Positions 1-10,134 of a stretch of 64,000 bases of DNA are shown here, piece after piece. The translations under genes were made by a program, and so were the position numbers. Source of the DNA: a bacterium (lineage in GTDB: Bacteria; Patescibacteriota; Dojkabacteria; JAKAPS01; JAJZLI01); NCBI GenBank assembly GCA_021785355.1, contig JAJYFR010000002.1, forward strand, positions 10,529-74,528. Direction: 5' to 3'. Positions within the stretch are counted from its first letter, which is position 1. The number at the start of each line of letters is the position of its first letter. The notes beneath the pieces are model-generated. The model was not told the origin of the DNA, searched no databases, and saw only the letters and a program-made list of their open reading frames with translations.

Positions 1-7
1 TTCATAA

Positions 8-3000
8 TTAAAAAGATGAAACTACTGTGTAAATTATATTTGTCTGGTAAGTTCCTGCAGCCTGAGTTGAAGGCACTGCAACCTTATAGTAAATAGTATA
101 AGCAGTTGGATTACCGGTATAATTTGCCCCTGTTATATTTGTCGTATTTTGAGCAACAGTATCTCCTGGTCCAGTTAAAGAAAAAGGTGCATAGAGAGTA
201 CCAGATGAAAATAGATTTGATCCATTTATATCTGTTGCAGAACTTGTATATCCAAAACCATAATCACCCGATGGCCATAGAGCTGGAGAAGCATATGTGC
301 CTACAGAAAAATTAGGTATTGTATTACCTTCTTGAGATTGCATCAAACCTGATTCATAAGCAAAAATAGAATATCCATTATAAGCATTTGTAAGCACAGA
401 TATTGTGGATGTATTTGTTGTTGTATATGAATTTGTAGCATTCCAATTTCCCATATTAATATTTGTAGAATTCAAAGAAAATGATAATGTAGGCATTACT
501 GATTGACCCGAGGATGTCACTTGAGTACTTAATCCCGCATTATTTGTAGCTATAACTGTAACATAATAAGTCATACCAGTTTCCAAAGATAGAGATGATA
601 CACTATCTGTATTATAAGGAGAAGGATTATTTAATACTATACCCGAACTAGATAAAGAATAAATATTATTTGAACCTGGTGTAGTTCCGATTTCTACCTG
701 ATAAGGAGTAGATGCAAGCCCTGAACATGAATCAGAAAATCCTGTCCAATTACTAGATATTTCAGATATGGATTGAGTTGATTGAACCTCAGTTCCATTA
801 ATGTTTCCATCAAAAACAGAACCAGCTGTGGGAGCTGTATCTGCAACAGAAAAATTAGGATTGATTGTATTAAATACAGTAGGAGAACTAAGACCTACTG
901 AATTTTTTACAAAAGCTTGCCAATGATATCCTGCACAATTAGTAAGTCCAGTTACATCTACTGTTCCTGTAACTGATGTACCTGAGTAACTTACTGCACT
1001 CCCTGAATAATTAGGAGTTCCTGAAAAAGCTGTTCCATTTGGTTCTATCTCTATCTCAGGTGTAAGAGTATCCGTAGAGTTAGGAGAAGACATAGAAATA
1101 GTAAATACTATATTGGTAGAGACTCCCGATGAAGTCCATGTATCATTTGTTATTGCAGTTGTTCCATTAGAATCAAATTGAGCAAGAGATGATGGAGCAT
1201 TTGGAGATGAACTACCAGAAGGATAAAAATTATATTCAAAATTTATATTAATAGAAGATGAATTGGCTAAATTGTCATAAATCATAATATTTAAATAATA
1301 CATTCCTGCTGTAGAAAGAGATGATGAAGCATAACCTTCTGTGCTCTGAGTTGTACTTGGATAACCAGTAGCACTTGTACCAAAATATACACCATAATTA
1401 TTTATAGCAGAACCGTTATCAAATCCTCCTAAAAATTCGAAATATGGTGTAGGATATGAATATGGAGTAGGATTATCATAATTTAAAACTGATATACCTG
1501 AAGTGTTTTCAACATTAACATTATCTATATTCATATTAATACTATCAGAAGTACTATCTGTTACAGCACCTAGACTAAGGGTTGTCATGTTTGATACTCC
1601 TGTATTTTGAGAAGATAGAGAGGCTTGAAGTTGACCATTTAGATAGGATAATAAAGAACCTGTAGTAGAGTTTATATTTATATTTAAAATTATATAATTC
1701 CAAGTATTGAGAGGAACTATATTTGTACCTTGAGCATTAGTTGTACCTACAGAATTAACTTCTTGTATAACTGGTCCAGAAGCTGTATCTAAAAGATTTA
1801 AAGACGCTATTATGCCAGAAGCTCCAGAGATTTGAGCTAAAGTAATACTGTCTCCAGATGCAGCATATGCAACTGATGAAATATACATATAAAATCTAAC
1901 TTGAGCAGAAGATGTATTAAAGGTGTTATTAGTTATATAACTAGTACCTGCAGATGCTGTTGTCATATTGACAGAATAATTTCCTTGAAGTACTGCACCT
2001 TGAGTACTACTTTGAATTAATGGAAGTGCACTTCCTCCGTCAGAAGTCCATGCTCCAGAAGGAGAATCTGAAGTAAGTATTGTTCCAGATTCAAATCCAT
2101 TTGAAAATAATAAAGATGGCTTAGAAGACCAGCCTAACACTCCAATACTATTTGTTATCGGAGAAGATGCATCTATAGCAAAATCTGGATTTCCTCCCAT
2201 AGCAACCCATGAACTTATACCTCCATTACCAATCACTGCAGCTTGCCAGTGATATTGAGTATTTGGACTAAGCCCAGAAACTTCAATATTTGCAATAATA
2301 GATGTTCCTGAATATGAGTATAAAGAAGATTCATATACTCCTGTTCCTGTCGTAACTAAATTCGTAGTAGAACTAGTAAAAGCAGTCCCTTTTGGCTGTA
2401 TCTCTACCAAAAGATATAAAGAATCTGGATTATTAGTACTAGATATACTTGCACCTAGTAATAGATTAGTATTATTTATCCAAGAACCAGAACTCACAGT
2501 ACTTGATGCAATAGAAGAAGTTGATATAGTCAAACCAGTTGGAATGGGTATTGTTGAATTTGCATTAATAGTAACTTCAGAAGAAGGAAGAGTTTCTCCT
2601 GAAGAAGTAACCGCTGTCACCTTATAATAATAAGTTTGATTATATGGAATATCTCCTCCTATAGGATTTGTTGATGAAGACGAAATTGTAGGTGCAGTAT
2701 TTCCTGTTGTAGGCGGATTACTTGTGACAGTAGTATTAAGTCCTGAATCTATGAAAGAAAGCTGTGAACCATTATTAACTTGAAAATATTGTCCTTCACC
2801 TCCTGAAGTTATACCTCTATATATTTTATATGAAGTTGCCCCTGAGACTGCTGACCAAGAAATTGTATTCTGGTTAGTATTTGTATATGCAGTACTAGCA
2901 CTAGATAAAAGACCTATTGGAAAAGAATATACAGAAGAAAAAAATGCAGCTCCATTGTAACCTCCTATCTCATATACATAACCTCCATAGGTTACTGAAG

Positions 3001-6000
3001 TGGCATATTCTGTTGTTTGAGGAAGATATGATGTAGATGACCATGTACCTACTACACCAGGACTACTTATTGGTGCATAATATACTGAAGAAGAGTATAT
3101 TTGAGTTCCAGTATTAAATCCTCCTATTACATATATATACCCTGCATATTCTACAGATGTTGCTTGTTGTATAGCAAAGGAAAGAGATGTTGTTGTTGTC
3201 CAAGCAGTACCTAGAGCTCCATTTGAAGTTATTGATATAGAATAAACTGTAGATAAATCTGAACTTGCACCATATCCCCCTATCTCATATATATATCCTG
3301 CATATACAATTGATGTAGATCTACTAATAATCTGAGGTAAAGAAGTTGTTGTTGCCCAACTACCTAATGTACCATCTGAATTTATAGGAACATAATAAAC
3401 AGTACTTACCCTAGCACTTGTAGTTGAACTATACCCTCCTAAAAAATATATATAACCTCCATATGTAACAGATGTTGCAAATTCAATAGGCTCAGCAGTT
3501 CCTCCTCCAGAGCTTGTCTCTCCTATAGAAGTAGTCGTATTCCAACTACCTAATGTACCATCTGAATTTATATGAGAATAATATACTTCAGATAAATTGC
3601 TACTTCCATTATATCCTCCTAATACATATATATAACCTCCATATTCTACAGAGGTTGAATATAAAACTGCTTGAGGTAGACTAGCTGTTAGTGTCCAAGA
3701 TCCAATATTTCCATTATTGTATATTTGAGCATAATATACAGAGGAAAGATTTGTTGTTCCGCTTATTCCTCCTATCTCATATATATAACCTGCATACTCT
3801 ACAGAGGTTGCTCCATCTATACCAGATAAAAGAGAGGTTGTATTATTTAAAGTTCCTAAAGAACCATTTGAATTTACAGGAACATAGTATACTGTATTTA
3901 CTGCACTATTACCTGTATTATTCCCTCCTATCTCATATATATATCCGTTATATACTACTGAGGTAGAATAATCTAAAGCTTGAGGTATAGATGTTGTTGT
4001 ATACCATGAACCCAATGTGCCGTCTGTATTTATCTGAGCATAATATACACTCGATATATTATTGCTTCCATTATACCCTCCTATCTCATATATATAACCA
4101 TTGTATTCTACAACTGAAGCTCTATCTATTACTATAGGAAGAGAAGTTGTTGCTAACCAAGAAGTGCCTAGCGTTCCATTTGAATTTATAGCTATATAAT
4201 ATACAGAAGATACGTACGCTCCAGAACTAGCATTTCCTCCTATCTCATATATATAACCATTGTACACTACTGATGTTGAATATGCGTCTCCTGAACTTGT
4301 TGTAAGTGAAGTTGTATCTGCCCATGTACCCAAAGATCCATTACTATTAATAGCCACATACTCTACTACTGTAGTTATTGCAGAATTTTGTCCCCCTATC
4401 TCATATATATACCCTCCATACTCTACAGAGGTTGCTAGTTCTGATGCAGTAAGAAGAGAAGATGTTGTTGCCCATGTACCCAAAGATCCATTACTATTAA
4501 TAGCTGCATATTCTACTATAGTAGAAGCTGCTCCAGATATATTACCTCCTATTTCATATACATACCCATTATACACAACAGATGTTGCAATACTTGTAGA
4601 ATCAAGAAGTGAAGATGTTGTTGCCCATACTCCTGTAGTCCCATCTGAATTTATAGGAGCATAATAGACACTTGTTCCTCCAGAACCTCCTATTTCATAT
4701 ACATATCCAGCATATTCTACTGATGTAGCTTGATTTATAGCTTCAGGTAAACTTAACATGTTATTCCATAAATTAATCGTACCATTTGTATGAACTACAG
4801 TATAATTTACTTCTGATAAAGAAGCAGTCCCATTATATCCTCCTACTTCATATATATAACCTCCATCCTCTACAGAAGTTGCTCTTTCTGTAACTTGAGG
4901 AAGGGTATTTGTACTAGTCCAGGTACCTAGTGTGCCATTTGAATTTATTGGAACATAATATACACTAGATACTGCTGCACTTCCATTATACCCACCTATC
5001 TCGTATATATATCCATTATACTCTACAGATGTTGCACTATATATGGTTTCAGCTGTACCTCCTCCTGAACTTGTTTCTCCTAAAGCAGTTGTGGCTGTCC
5101 ATGTACCTAGTGTGCCATTTGAATTTATTGGAACATAATATACACTAGATACTGCTGCAGTAGTATATCCACTTATTTCATAAATATATCCATTATATTC
5201 TACAGATGTTGCACTAGATGTTGCACTAGGTAAAGCAGTTGTTGTTGTCCATGTCCCTACAGTTCCATTAGCATTTATAGGAGCATAATACACACTAGCT
5301 CCAGGTCCTGTACCTCCAATACAATAAAGATATCCATTATATGCTATTGATGTGGAATTATATGCAGTTTGTGCAGTACCGCCTCCTGAACTTGTTTCTC
5401 CTAAAGGAGTAGTTGTATTCCAAGAACCTAAACTTCCATTCGATTGTATTTGTGCATAATATACAGTTGATAGAGTAGCACTTCCATTATACCCTCCTAT
5501 CTCATAGATATATCCTGCATATTCTGATGAAGTAGATTCTGCAACCACTTGTGGAAGTGAGCTCGTTGCATTCCATGCACCTAATTCTCCATTACCATAT
5601 ACTTGTGAATAATATACAGAAGAAGAAGATACTCCTCCAATCTCATAGAGAAAACCATTATATGTAACTGAAGTTGCATATTCTAATAATTGAGGAATTC
5701 CAGAACTATAAAAATTTCCAAGACTACCATCTATATTATTCCAATTAATATTTCCAGTATCTATAAAAGTTGTATTTTTAGTGTCTATATATTGAGTCAT
5801 CACAGAAGATCCAATTCCTCTATATACACTATATTCAATAGCACCTACAACAGGAGTCCAAGATATTTTATTTTCTGAAGTAGATCCTGTAGTTGTTATT
5901 GAAACTGCACTAGAAGGTGGTGTTTTACCCTGTGAAGTTATAGAAGATACCTCATAATAATATGTATTAGCTGAAAGTGTACCTCCCACAGTTGATTGAG

Positions 6001-6709
6001 TAAGAGAGCTAGGAGCATTTGGAATAGGAAGTACAGTAAAACTAACAGCATTTGAAGTATTTGAAGTCGCAGTAACAATAATATTTCCAGAAGTAGACCC
6101 TGTAGGAACAAAAAATATAATAGTGCTAGTATCCCAAGAAAAAACATCTGCAGTAGGTACAGCAACTCCATTTAAAGTTATATTGTTAGTTGTAGTATCA
6201 TAATTACCTGATCCTGGATCAGCACCAAATTCATTCCCATTTATTGTAATAGTAGATCCTACCCCACCTGATGATGGAGATAGGGATGTAATACAAGGGA
6301 GAAGTGAAAATGCAATAGAAGCAGTTTTTCCTCCTACAGTAACAACAATATTACCAGTAAGAGTACCTGTATTTGAAATCGTTCCGGTTATTGATGTATT
6401 TGCCCAAGTAGAGACAGTAAAAGTACCTCCATTTACAGTAACACCATCATTTGTAGATCCAAACTTGGAACCATTTATAGTGATTCCATCCCCCACTCTT
6501 GCAGCACTTACTCCATTTGCTATAGTAGACCCACAAGTTGTGGAAGTTAAATTTACAGAAGATATTGAAGGTGGAGGAGCAGCTTCAATAAAAATACCTG
6601 TTAAAAGTAATATTGAAAAAAGTATTAAAGTTATAACAAAACTAATAAAAAAGAAGATATAGTAATTGTATCTTTTATGTATAAGAAATATTATTTTAAA
6701 AGGATTCAT
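8..6709 (-). CDS. Giant exported surface protein: N-terminal signal/TM, IPT/TIG and FN3-like domains, 18 Kelch-like repeats, LamG/ConA-like segment, C-terminal WxL-like domain
   Basis: 2233-aa ORF; hydrophobic N-terminus; 'PCITSLSPSSGGVGSTITINGNEFG' is IPT-like; 18 copies of Y(N/A/G)GY(I/V)YE(I/V)GG...VYY.PINSNG.LG.W; C-terminus 'YKVAVPSTQAAGTYQTNIIYTVVSSF'. Confidence 0.85.
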   Translation of the reverse strand: MNPFKIIFLIHKRYNYYIFFFISFVITLILFSILLLTGIFIEAAPPPSISSVNLTSTTCGSTIANGVSAARVGDGITINGSKFGSTNDGVTVNGGTFTVSTWANTSITGTISNTGTLTGNIVVTVGGKTASIAFSLLPCITSLSPSSGGVGSTITINGNEFGADPGSGNYDTTTNNITLNGVAVPTADVFSWDTSTIIFFVPTGSTSGNIIVTATSNTSNAVSFTVLPIPNAPSSLTQSTVGGTLSANTYYYEVSSITSQGKTPPSSAVSITTTGSTSENKISWTPVVGAIEYSVYRGIGSSVMTQYIDTKNTTFIDTGNINWNNIDGSLGNFYSSGIPQLLEYATSVTYNGFLYEIGGVSSSSVYYSQVYGNGELGAWNATSSLPQVVAESTSSEYAGYIYEIGGYNGSATLSTVYYAQIQSNGSLGSWNTTTPLGETSSGGGTAQTAYNSTSIAYNGYLYCIGGTGPGASVYYAPINANGTVGTWTTTTALPSATSSATSVEYNGYIYEISGYTTAAVSSVYYVPINSNGTLGTWTATTALGETSSGGGTAETIYSATSVEYNGYIYEIGGYNGSAAVSSVYYVPINSNGTLGTWTSTNTLPQVTERATSVEDGGYIYEVGGYNGTASLSEVNYTVVHTNGTINLWNNMLSLPEAINQATSVEYAGYVYEIGGSGGTSVYYAPINSDGTTGVWATTSSLLDSTSIATSVVYNGYVYEIGGNISGAASTIVEYAAINSNGSLGTWATTSSLLTASELATSVEYGGYIYEIGGQNSAITTVVEYVAINSNGSLGTWADTTSLTTSSGDAYSTSVVYNGYIYEIGGNASSGAYVSSVYYIAINSNGTLGTSWLATTSLPIVIDRASVVEYNGYIYEIGGYNGSNNISSVYYAQINTDGTLGSWYTTTSIPQALDYSTSVVYNGYIYEIGGNNTGNSAVNTVYYVPVNSNGSLGTLNNTTSLLSGIDGATSVEYAGYIYEIGGISGTTNLSSVYYAQIYNNGNIGSWTLTASLPQAVLYSTSVEYGGYIYVLGGYNGSSNLSEVYYSHINSDGTLGSWNTTTSIGETSSGGGTAEPIEFATSVTYGGYIYFLGGYSSTTSARVSTVYYVPINSDGTLGSWATTTSLPQIISRSTSIVYAGYIYEIGGYGASSDLSTVYSISITSNGALGTAWTTTTSLSFAIQQATSVEYAGYIYVIGGFNTGTQIYSSSVYYAPISSPGVVGTWSSTSYLPQTTEYATSVTYGGYVYEIGGYNGAAFFSSVYSFPIGLLSSASTAYTNTNQNTISWSAVSGATSYKIYRGITSGGEGQYFQVNNGSQLSFIDSGLNTTVTSNPPTTGNTAPTISSSSTNPIGGDIPYNQTYYYKVTAVTSSGETLPSSEVTINANSTIPIPTGLTISTSSIASSTVSSGSWINNTNLLLGASISSTNNPDSLYLLVEIQPKGTAFTSSTTNLVTTGTGVYESSLYSYSGTSIIANIEVSGLSPNTQYHWQAAVIGNGGISSWVAMGGNPDFAIDASSPITNSIGVLGWSSKPSLLFSNGFESGTILTSDSPSGAWTSDGGSALPLIQSSTQGAVLQGNYSVNMTTASAGTSYITNNTFNTSSAQVRFYMYISSVAYAASGDSITLAQISGASGIIASLNLLDTASGPVIQEVNSVGTTNAQGTNIVPLNTWNYIILNININSTTGSLLSYLNGQLQASLSSQNTGVSNMTTLSLGAVTDSTSDSINMNIDNVNVENTSGISVLNYDNPTPYSYPTPYFEFLGGFDNGSAINNYGVYFGTSATGYPSTTQSTEGYASSSLSTAGMYYLNIMIYDNLANSSSININFEYNFYPSGSSSPNAPSSLAQFDSNGTTAITNDTWTSSGVSTNIVFTISMSSPNSTDTLTPEIEIEPNGTAFSGTPNYSGSAVSYSGTSVTGTVDVTGLTNCAGYHWQAFVKNSVGLSSPTVFNTINPNFSVADTAPTAGSVFDGNINGTEVQSTQSISEISSNWTGFSDSCSGLASTPYQVEIGTTPGSNNIYSLSSSGIVLNNPSPYNTDSVSSLSLETGMTYYVTVIATNNAGLSTQVTSSGQSVMPTLSFSLNSTNINMGNWNATNSYTTTNTSTISVLTNAYNGYSIFAYESGLMQSQEGNTIPNFSVGTYASPALWPSGDYGFGYTSSATDINGSNLFSSGTLYAPFSLTGPGDTVAQNTTNITGANYTGNPTAYTIYYKVAVPSTQAAGTYQTNIIYTVVSSF
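2920..5700 (-). repeat. Intragenic array of 18 Kelch-like repeats (about 150-180 bp each)
   Basis: Repeats visible in the translation; near-identical DNA segments at 4923-4979/5103-5159 (180 bp apart) and 4319-4354/4469-4504 (150 bp apart). Confidence 0.85.
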
Positions 6710-6818
6710 AATTTATAATATTAACATATAGAGTATGAAAAAGTAATTGAAAATCTTATAAAATTTTTAGCTCACAACGATCATCAGTATTAAGAAAAGT
6801 CCCTAAATATCTTGAATT

Positions 6819-6905
6819 CGGAGAGGGCGGGATTCGAACCCGCGATATTATTTCTAATATGCTAGCTTTCCAAGCTAGTGCACTAGTCCACTATGCGACC
6901 TCTCC
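6819..6905 (-). tRNA. tRNA-Ser (anticodon GGA)
   Basis: Minus strand GGAGAGGTCGCATAGTGG...CTAGC-TTGGAAA-GCTAG, long variable arm, GGTTCGAATCCC...CTCTCCG; CCA not encoded. Confidence 0.95.
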
Positions 6906-6920
6906 TTAAAAAATACATAT

Positions 6921-7520
6921 CTATTTTAACACAATAAGGTGGAAAATTAAGAAAGATATAAAAAGTAAAAAAACTAACAAACTTCCTCCTATAAGTTGAG
7001 CAATTGTATGTTTTTTTAAAGTATACCTAGAATAAAATATAAAAGGAAGAACTATGATAAAAAAAATCATTAAATATCTATTACCAATCATTATTGATAA
7101 ACATAAAAGAGAAGTAATCATTATTGCGTGAAAACTTATTTTCCATATAAATGTTATTAAGAATGCAAAAAATAAAATTAATATAAACATGAAAAGTACA
7201 TATATAAAATATATATTATAATGTTTATATACAAGAATGCCTAAAAGAAATATTAACCATAATAATATAAATATAATTGATATTAATCTAGTTTTTTTTC
7301 CATCTTCTAAATCAAAATCAATATTTTTTATTCCTTTCTTAAAACTTTCATATATTACAAAAGATATAAAAAAAAGAATAGGAATACCTATAAGTAAAAA
7401 GATGTCTAAAAAATTAAATTTCAAATTGTATCTATAAATTAAAAGTATAGCTATTAATGGCACTACAATATAGAAATCAAACACTCTAGAAATAATTATT
7501 GAAAAAACTCTTCTGTTCAT
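6921..7520 (-). CDS. Multi-pass membrane protein, PAP2-like phosphatase superfamily
   Basis: About 6 TM helices; 'WKISFH' and 'SRYTLKKHT' resemble PAP2 C2/C3 motifs. Confidence 0.55.
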   Translation of the reverse strand: MNRRVFSIIISRVFDFYIVVPLIAILLIYRYNLKFNFLDIFLLIGIPILFFISFVIYESFKKGIKNIDFDLEDGKKTRLISIIFILLWLIFLLGILVYKHYNIYFIYVLFMFILILFFAFLITFIWKISFHAIMITSLLCLSIMIGNRYLMIFFIIVLPFIFYSRYTLKKHTIAQLIGGSLLVFLLFISFLIFHLIVLK

Positions 7521-7537
7521 GTAAGCTTAAATGTAAG

Positions 7538-7774
7538 ATGTATATATTATACTTAATTTTACAAATAATTATAATCCTTTTTTCTGTTCTATCAACACTC
7601 CTAATTATTACTTTTATTATATTTATACTGGTATATACCCTTACTTCGAAAGAATATTTACATAAAAAACTATTCCTCAGGCATCATAAAATTAATATTC
7701 ATCAAGATTATGTTGACGGAAAGATTTCAAAAAAAGATTATATAAAATACAAAAATGTTAAACGTACTACCTAG
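7538..7774 (+). CDS. Small membrane protein with SHOCT-like C-terminus
   Basis: TM segment, then 'DYVDGKISKKDYIKYK'; ATG at 7538 preferred over TTG at 7499. Confidence 0.55.
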   Translation: MYILYLILQIIIILFSVLSTLLIITFIIFILVYTLTSKEYLHKKLFLRHHKINIHQDYVDGKISKKDYIKYKNVKRTT

Positions 7775-8006
7775 TTTTTTTCAAAATAATATATTTGCAT
7801 ACATAGAACTTATTTTCTATATGCTAATATATTTAATTTTTCTTTTCATAATAATTTATTTAATAATGTTCTTATTAGCATGGCTGATAATACCTAGAGA
7901 TCAACATCATAAAAGAGAAGCTATTCATTCTCTAGAAGAAAAATATAAAAAAGGAGAAATTTCAAAAAAAACATTTCTAGAAAAAAAAGAAGATATTGAA
8001 TCTTAA
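7755..8006 (+). CDS. Small membrane protein with SHOCT domain
   Basis: TM segment, then 'LEEKYKKGEISKKTFLEKKEDI'. Confidence 0.7.
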   Translation: MLNVLPSFFQNNIFAYIELIFYMLIYLIFLFIIIYLIMFLLAWLIIPRDQHHKREAIHSLEEKYKKGEISKKTFLEKKEDIES

Positions 8007-8011
8007 AAAAA

Positions 8012-8554
8012 ATGAATATAAATTTTATAAAAACATTTATAAATAAAAAATCTCAAATAATAAAGTTTAAGAGTGTTGGGTGGGAAGATTTATACAATTT
8101 CATAAATTTTTTAGAAAAACATGTATCTCATTCTGAAGATTTTTTTCAAATAAATAAGATTTTTTTAGAAAAAAATGAAGTTGAAAATATGACACAATTA
8201 ATGAAATTGATTGAGGATAGAACATGCATACTTATATGTGCTTTACATAAAGATTCAATAGTAGGTTTTTCAACTATATTAAGAGACCCTAAAGATAAAA
8301 ATACAGGCTATTTTGAAATATTTATACATAGAAATCATAGAAATTCAGGAATAGGATCAGAATTTATAAAAAGTATATTAAAATATTCTAAATATATGAA
8401 AATCAAAAATATAAAACTTTCTGTAAGAGCAAATAATTATAATGCAATAAAATTATATAAAAAATTTGGTTTTGTAAAAACTCATAGAGAGAATAACAAT
8501 ATATTATATAAAAAGAATATATATTCTGAAATTTTTATGAGTAGAGTACTATAG
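8012..8554 (+). CDS. GNAT family N-acetyltransferase
   Basis: 'IHRNHRNSGIGS' motif A and 'NYNAIKLYKKFGF' motif B. Confidence 0.85.
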   Translation: MNINFIKTFINKKSQIIKFKSVGWEDLYNFINFLEKHVSHSEDFFQINKIFLEKNEVENMTQLMKLIEDRTCILICALHKDSIVGFSTILRDPKDKNTGYFEIFIHRNHRNSGIGSEFIKSILKYSKYMKIKNIKLSVRANNYNAIKLYKKFGFVKTHRENNNILYKKNIYSEIFMSRVL

Positions 8555-9046
8555 GGATTTATAACATCTTTGCCTCAATTCTTCAACTTTTTCTGTTGAA
8601 AATCTTATTCCTTTCTTATTCATTTCATTCAAAATTTTATCAAAATTATATATATCACCATTATGAGTAAATTCTGTTAATTTTTTAATACCTTCTTCTC
8701 CTATAATCTTTTTCTCTTTTAATATATGACTATAAGATCTTAATATTGTCTTTAAATAAAACAAATCTTCTTTATTAGCCGCTCTCATTTTTGAAAATTC
8801 AATCCTACTTTCTTGACCTAAAATTCTTATATACTCAGATATATTATTATTTAAAGATATTAAAAAACTATTTCTACCTACTAATATTTTATTTATTTCT
8901 TCATTAACCAAAGAACCATTTTTTTTATATCTAGGAATTATATAATTTATTTGATCCAATAAATTATCTTTCTTTTTATCTATAAAGGTAATAGATACAA
9001 CTATACCCCCAAACCTTTCTTGTATGAGAACAGATCTATTATTCAT
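8549..9046 (-). CDS. Hypothetical protein
   Basis: 165-aa ORF with no recognised motif. Confidence 0.55.
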   Translation of the reverse strand: MNNRSVLIQERFGGIVVSITFIDKKKDNLLDQINYIIPRYKKNGSLVNEEINKILVGRNSFLISLNNNISEYIRILGQESRIEFSKMRAANKEDLFYLKTILRSYSHILKEKKIIGEEGIKKLTEFTHNGDIYNFDKILNEMNKKGIRFSTEKVEELRQRCYKSL

Positions 9047-9138
9047 ATAAAATAACCAACTATAGAATCATCTAATAGATTATTTATATCTATCTCTATA
9101 GATGACACTTCTTGTTCCAGTAATTCAGCATTTGACAT
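9043..9138 (-). CDS. Small acidic ORF (31 aa, MSNAELLEQEVSSIEIDINNLLDDSIVGYFI) overlapping the next gene by ATGA
   Basis: Read manually; lies just downstream of a consensus promoter at 9167-9195. Confidence 0.4.
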   Translation of the reverse strand: MSNAELLEQEVSSIEIDINNLLDDSIVGYFI

Positions 9139-9166
9139 ATAAATAGCATAATGAAATAAACTGGTT

Positions 9167-9195
9167 ATTCTACACCTTTATCGTTTGATTGTCAA
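9167..9195 (-). promoter_or_regulatory. Sigma70-type promoter TTGACA-N17-TAGAAT
   Basis: Plus strand tgtcaa at 9190-9195 and attcta at 9167-9172. Confidence 0.6.
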
Positions 9196-9232
9196 CTATG
9201 TAAATTGGAAAGAAGGATATAATTAGAAACTC

Positions 9233-10069
9233 TTAAGGAACACTAGACTGAGTCTTCATTGGTACATTAATAGTATGAGAATGTTGCATATAATGAGATA
9301 GTGTAGAAACAAGAGAATAGGAAGATATGATAAGTACTAGAGTAATCACAAAATATAATACTGCAACTATTATTCCTGCAATTGTCCACTTCTTTTGTGT
9401 TTTATAAAAAGAATCTAAATCTATCCACTTTTTATTTTTCCATGAGATTTGATATCCTTTATGTCCTAAATAGTAAGCCAGGAAAGAGATATACACTAAA
9501 AATACAAAGGTCAGAATAATATTTATAACATATATTCCATTATATTTTGTGACCACTCCTATAGTAGACAATATAATCAATAAAAATACATATCCTATAA
9601 ATACATATAAAGGAATAAAGTATCCATTAAAAATACCCCATAACCATGTGAAAAAAAATGCACCCCAATTCCATTTAAAAATACCTTCAGGTGATGAAGT
9701 TATTTTTGTGTTTTCATTTTTACCTGAATCATTTTGACTATAATCTTGATTTGAATTCTCCTCTTGAGTATTTGATGTATATATCTCTTTATTATTAGAA
9801 TTCATATTATTCTCTAATGTGTTAGTATTTCCTAATAAATCACTACTGACATTCTCATTTGTTATTAAAGGTTGAGAATCATTTAGATTAGTAGATTGAT
9901 TTGCTTGAGATACTGTATTATTTTCTTGTGGATTTAGAGTATTGTTCTCTTGATTAAAAGAATTATTCAAAGATTCTGTACTATTAGGATTTACATTATT
10001 AATATCAGCACTATTATTCAAAGAATTACCTTCTTCATTATTCTGTTTTTGTATTAGATCATCATTCAT
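9233..10069 (-). CDS. Membrane protein with long Asn/Gln/Ser-rich disordered N-terminus and a 'WNWGAF' membrane domain (DUF2628-like)
   Basis: About 125-aa low-complexity N-terminus; 'KWNWGAFFFTWLWGIFN'; several TM helices. Confidence 0.7.
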   Translation of the reverse strand: MNDDLIQKQNNEEGNSLNNSADINNVNPNSTESLNNSFNQENNTLNPQENNTVSQANQSTNLNDSQPLITNENVSSDLLGNTNTLENNMNSNNKEIYTSNTQEENSNQDYSQNDSGKNENTKITSSPEGIFKWNWGAFFFTWLWGIFNGYFIPLYVFIGYVFLLIILSTIGVVTKYNGIYVINIILTFVFLVYISFLAYYLGHKGYQISWKNKKWIDLDSFYKTQKKWTIAGIIVAVLYFVITLVLIISSYSLVSTLSHYMQHSHTINVPMKTQSSVP

Positions 10070-10134
10070 AAAAAAATAATATCATAAATTTATTAATATA
10101 TCATCTTTTTATACAGAGACCTTTTAATAGAATA

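Noticed and set aside
4260-4664. Antisense ORFs in the track (e.g. 4260-4664, 18245-18562, 27841-28185, 35235-35537, 39701-40021) and shadow-frame ORFs (40700-41002, 55273-55644)
   Set aside because: They lie wholly within well-supported genes and have no motifs; they are best explained as codon-bias shadows.
2920-5700. CRISPR array or non-coding repeat
   Set aside because: The repeats are degenerate, in frame and inside a long ORF; there are no constant repeats with unique spacers and no cas genes.
6819-10069. Prophage or integrative island at tRNA-Ser (or at tRNA-Cys 60410)
   Set aside because: No integrase, phage gene or duplicated tRNA 3' end is seen nearby.
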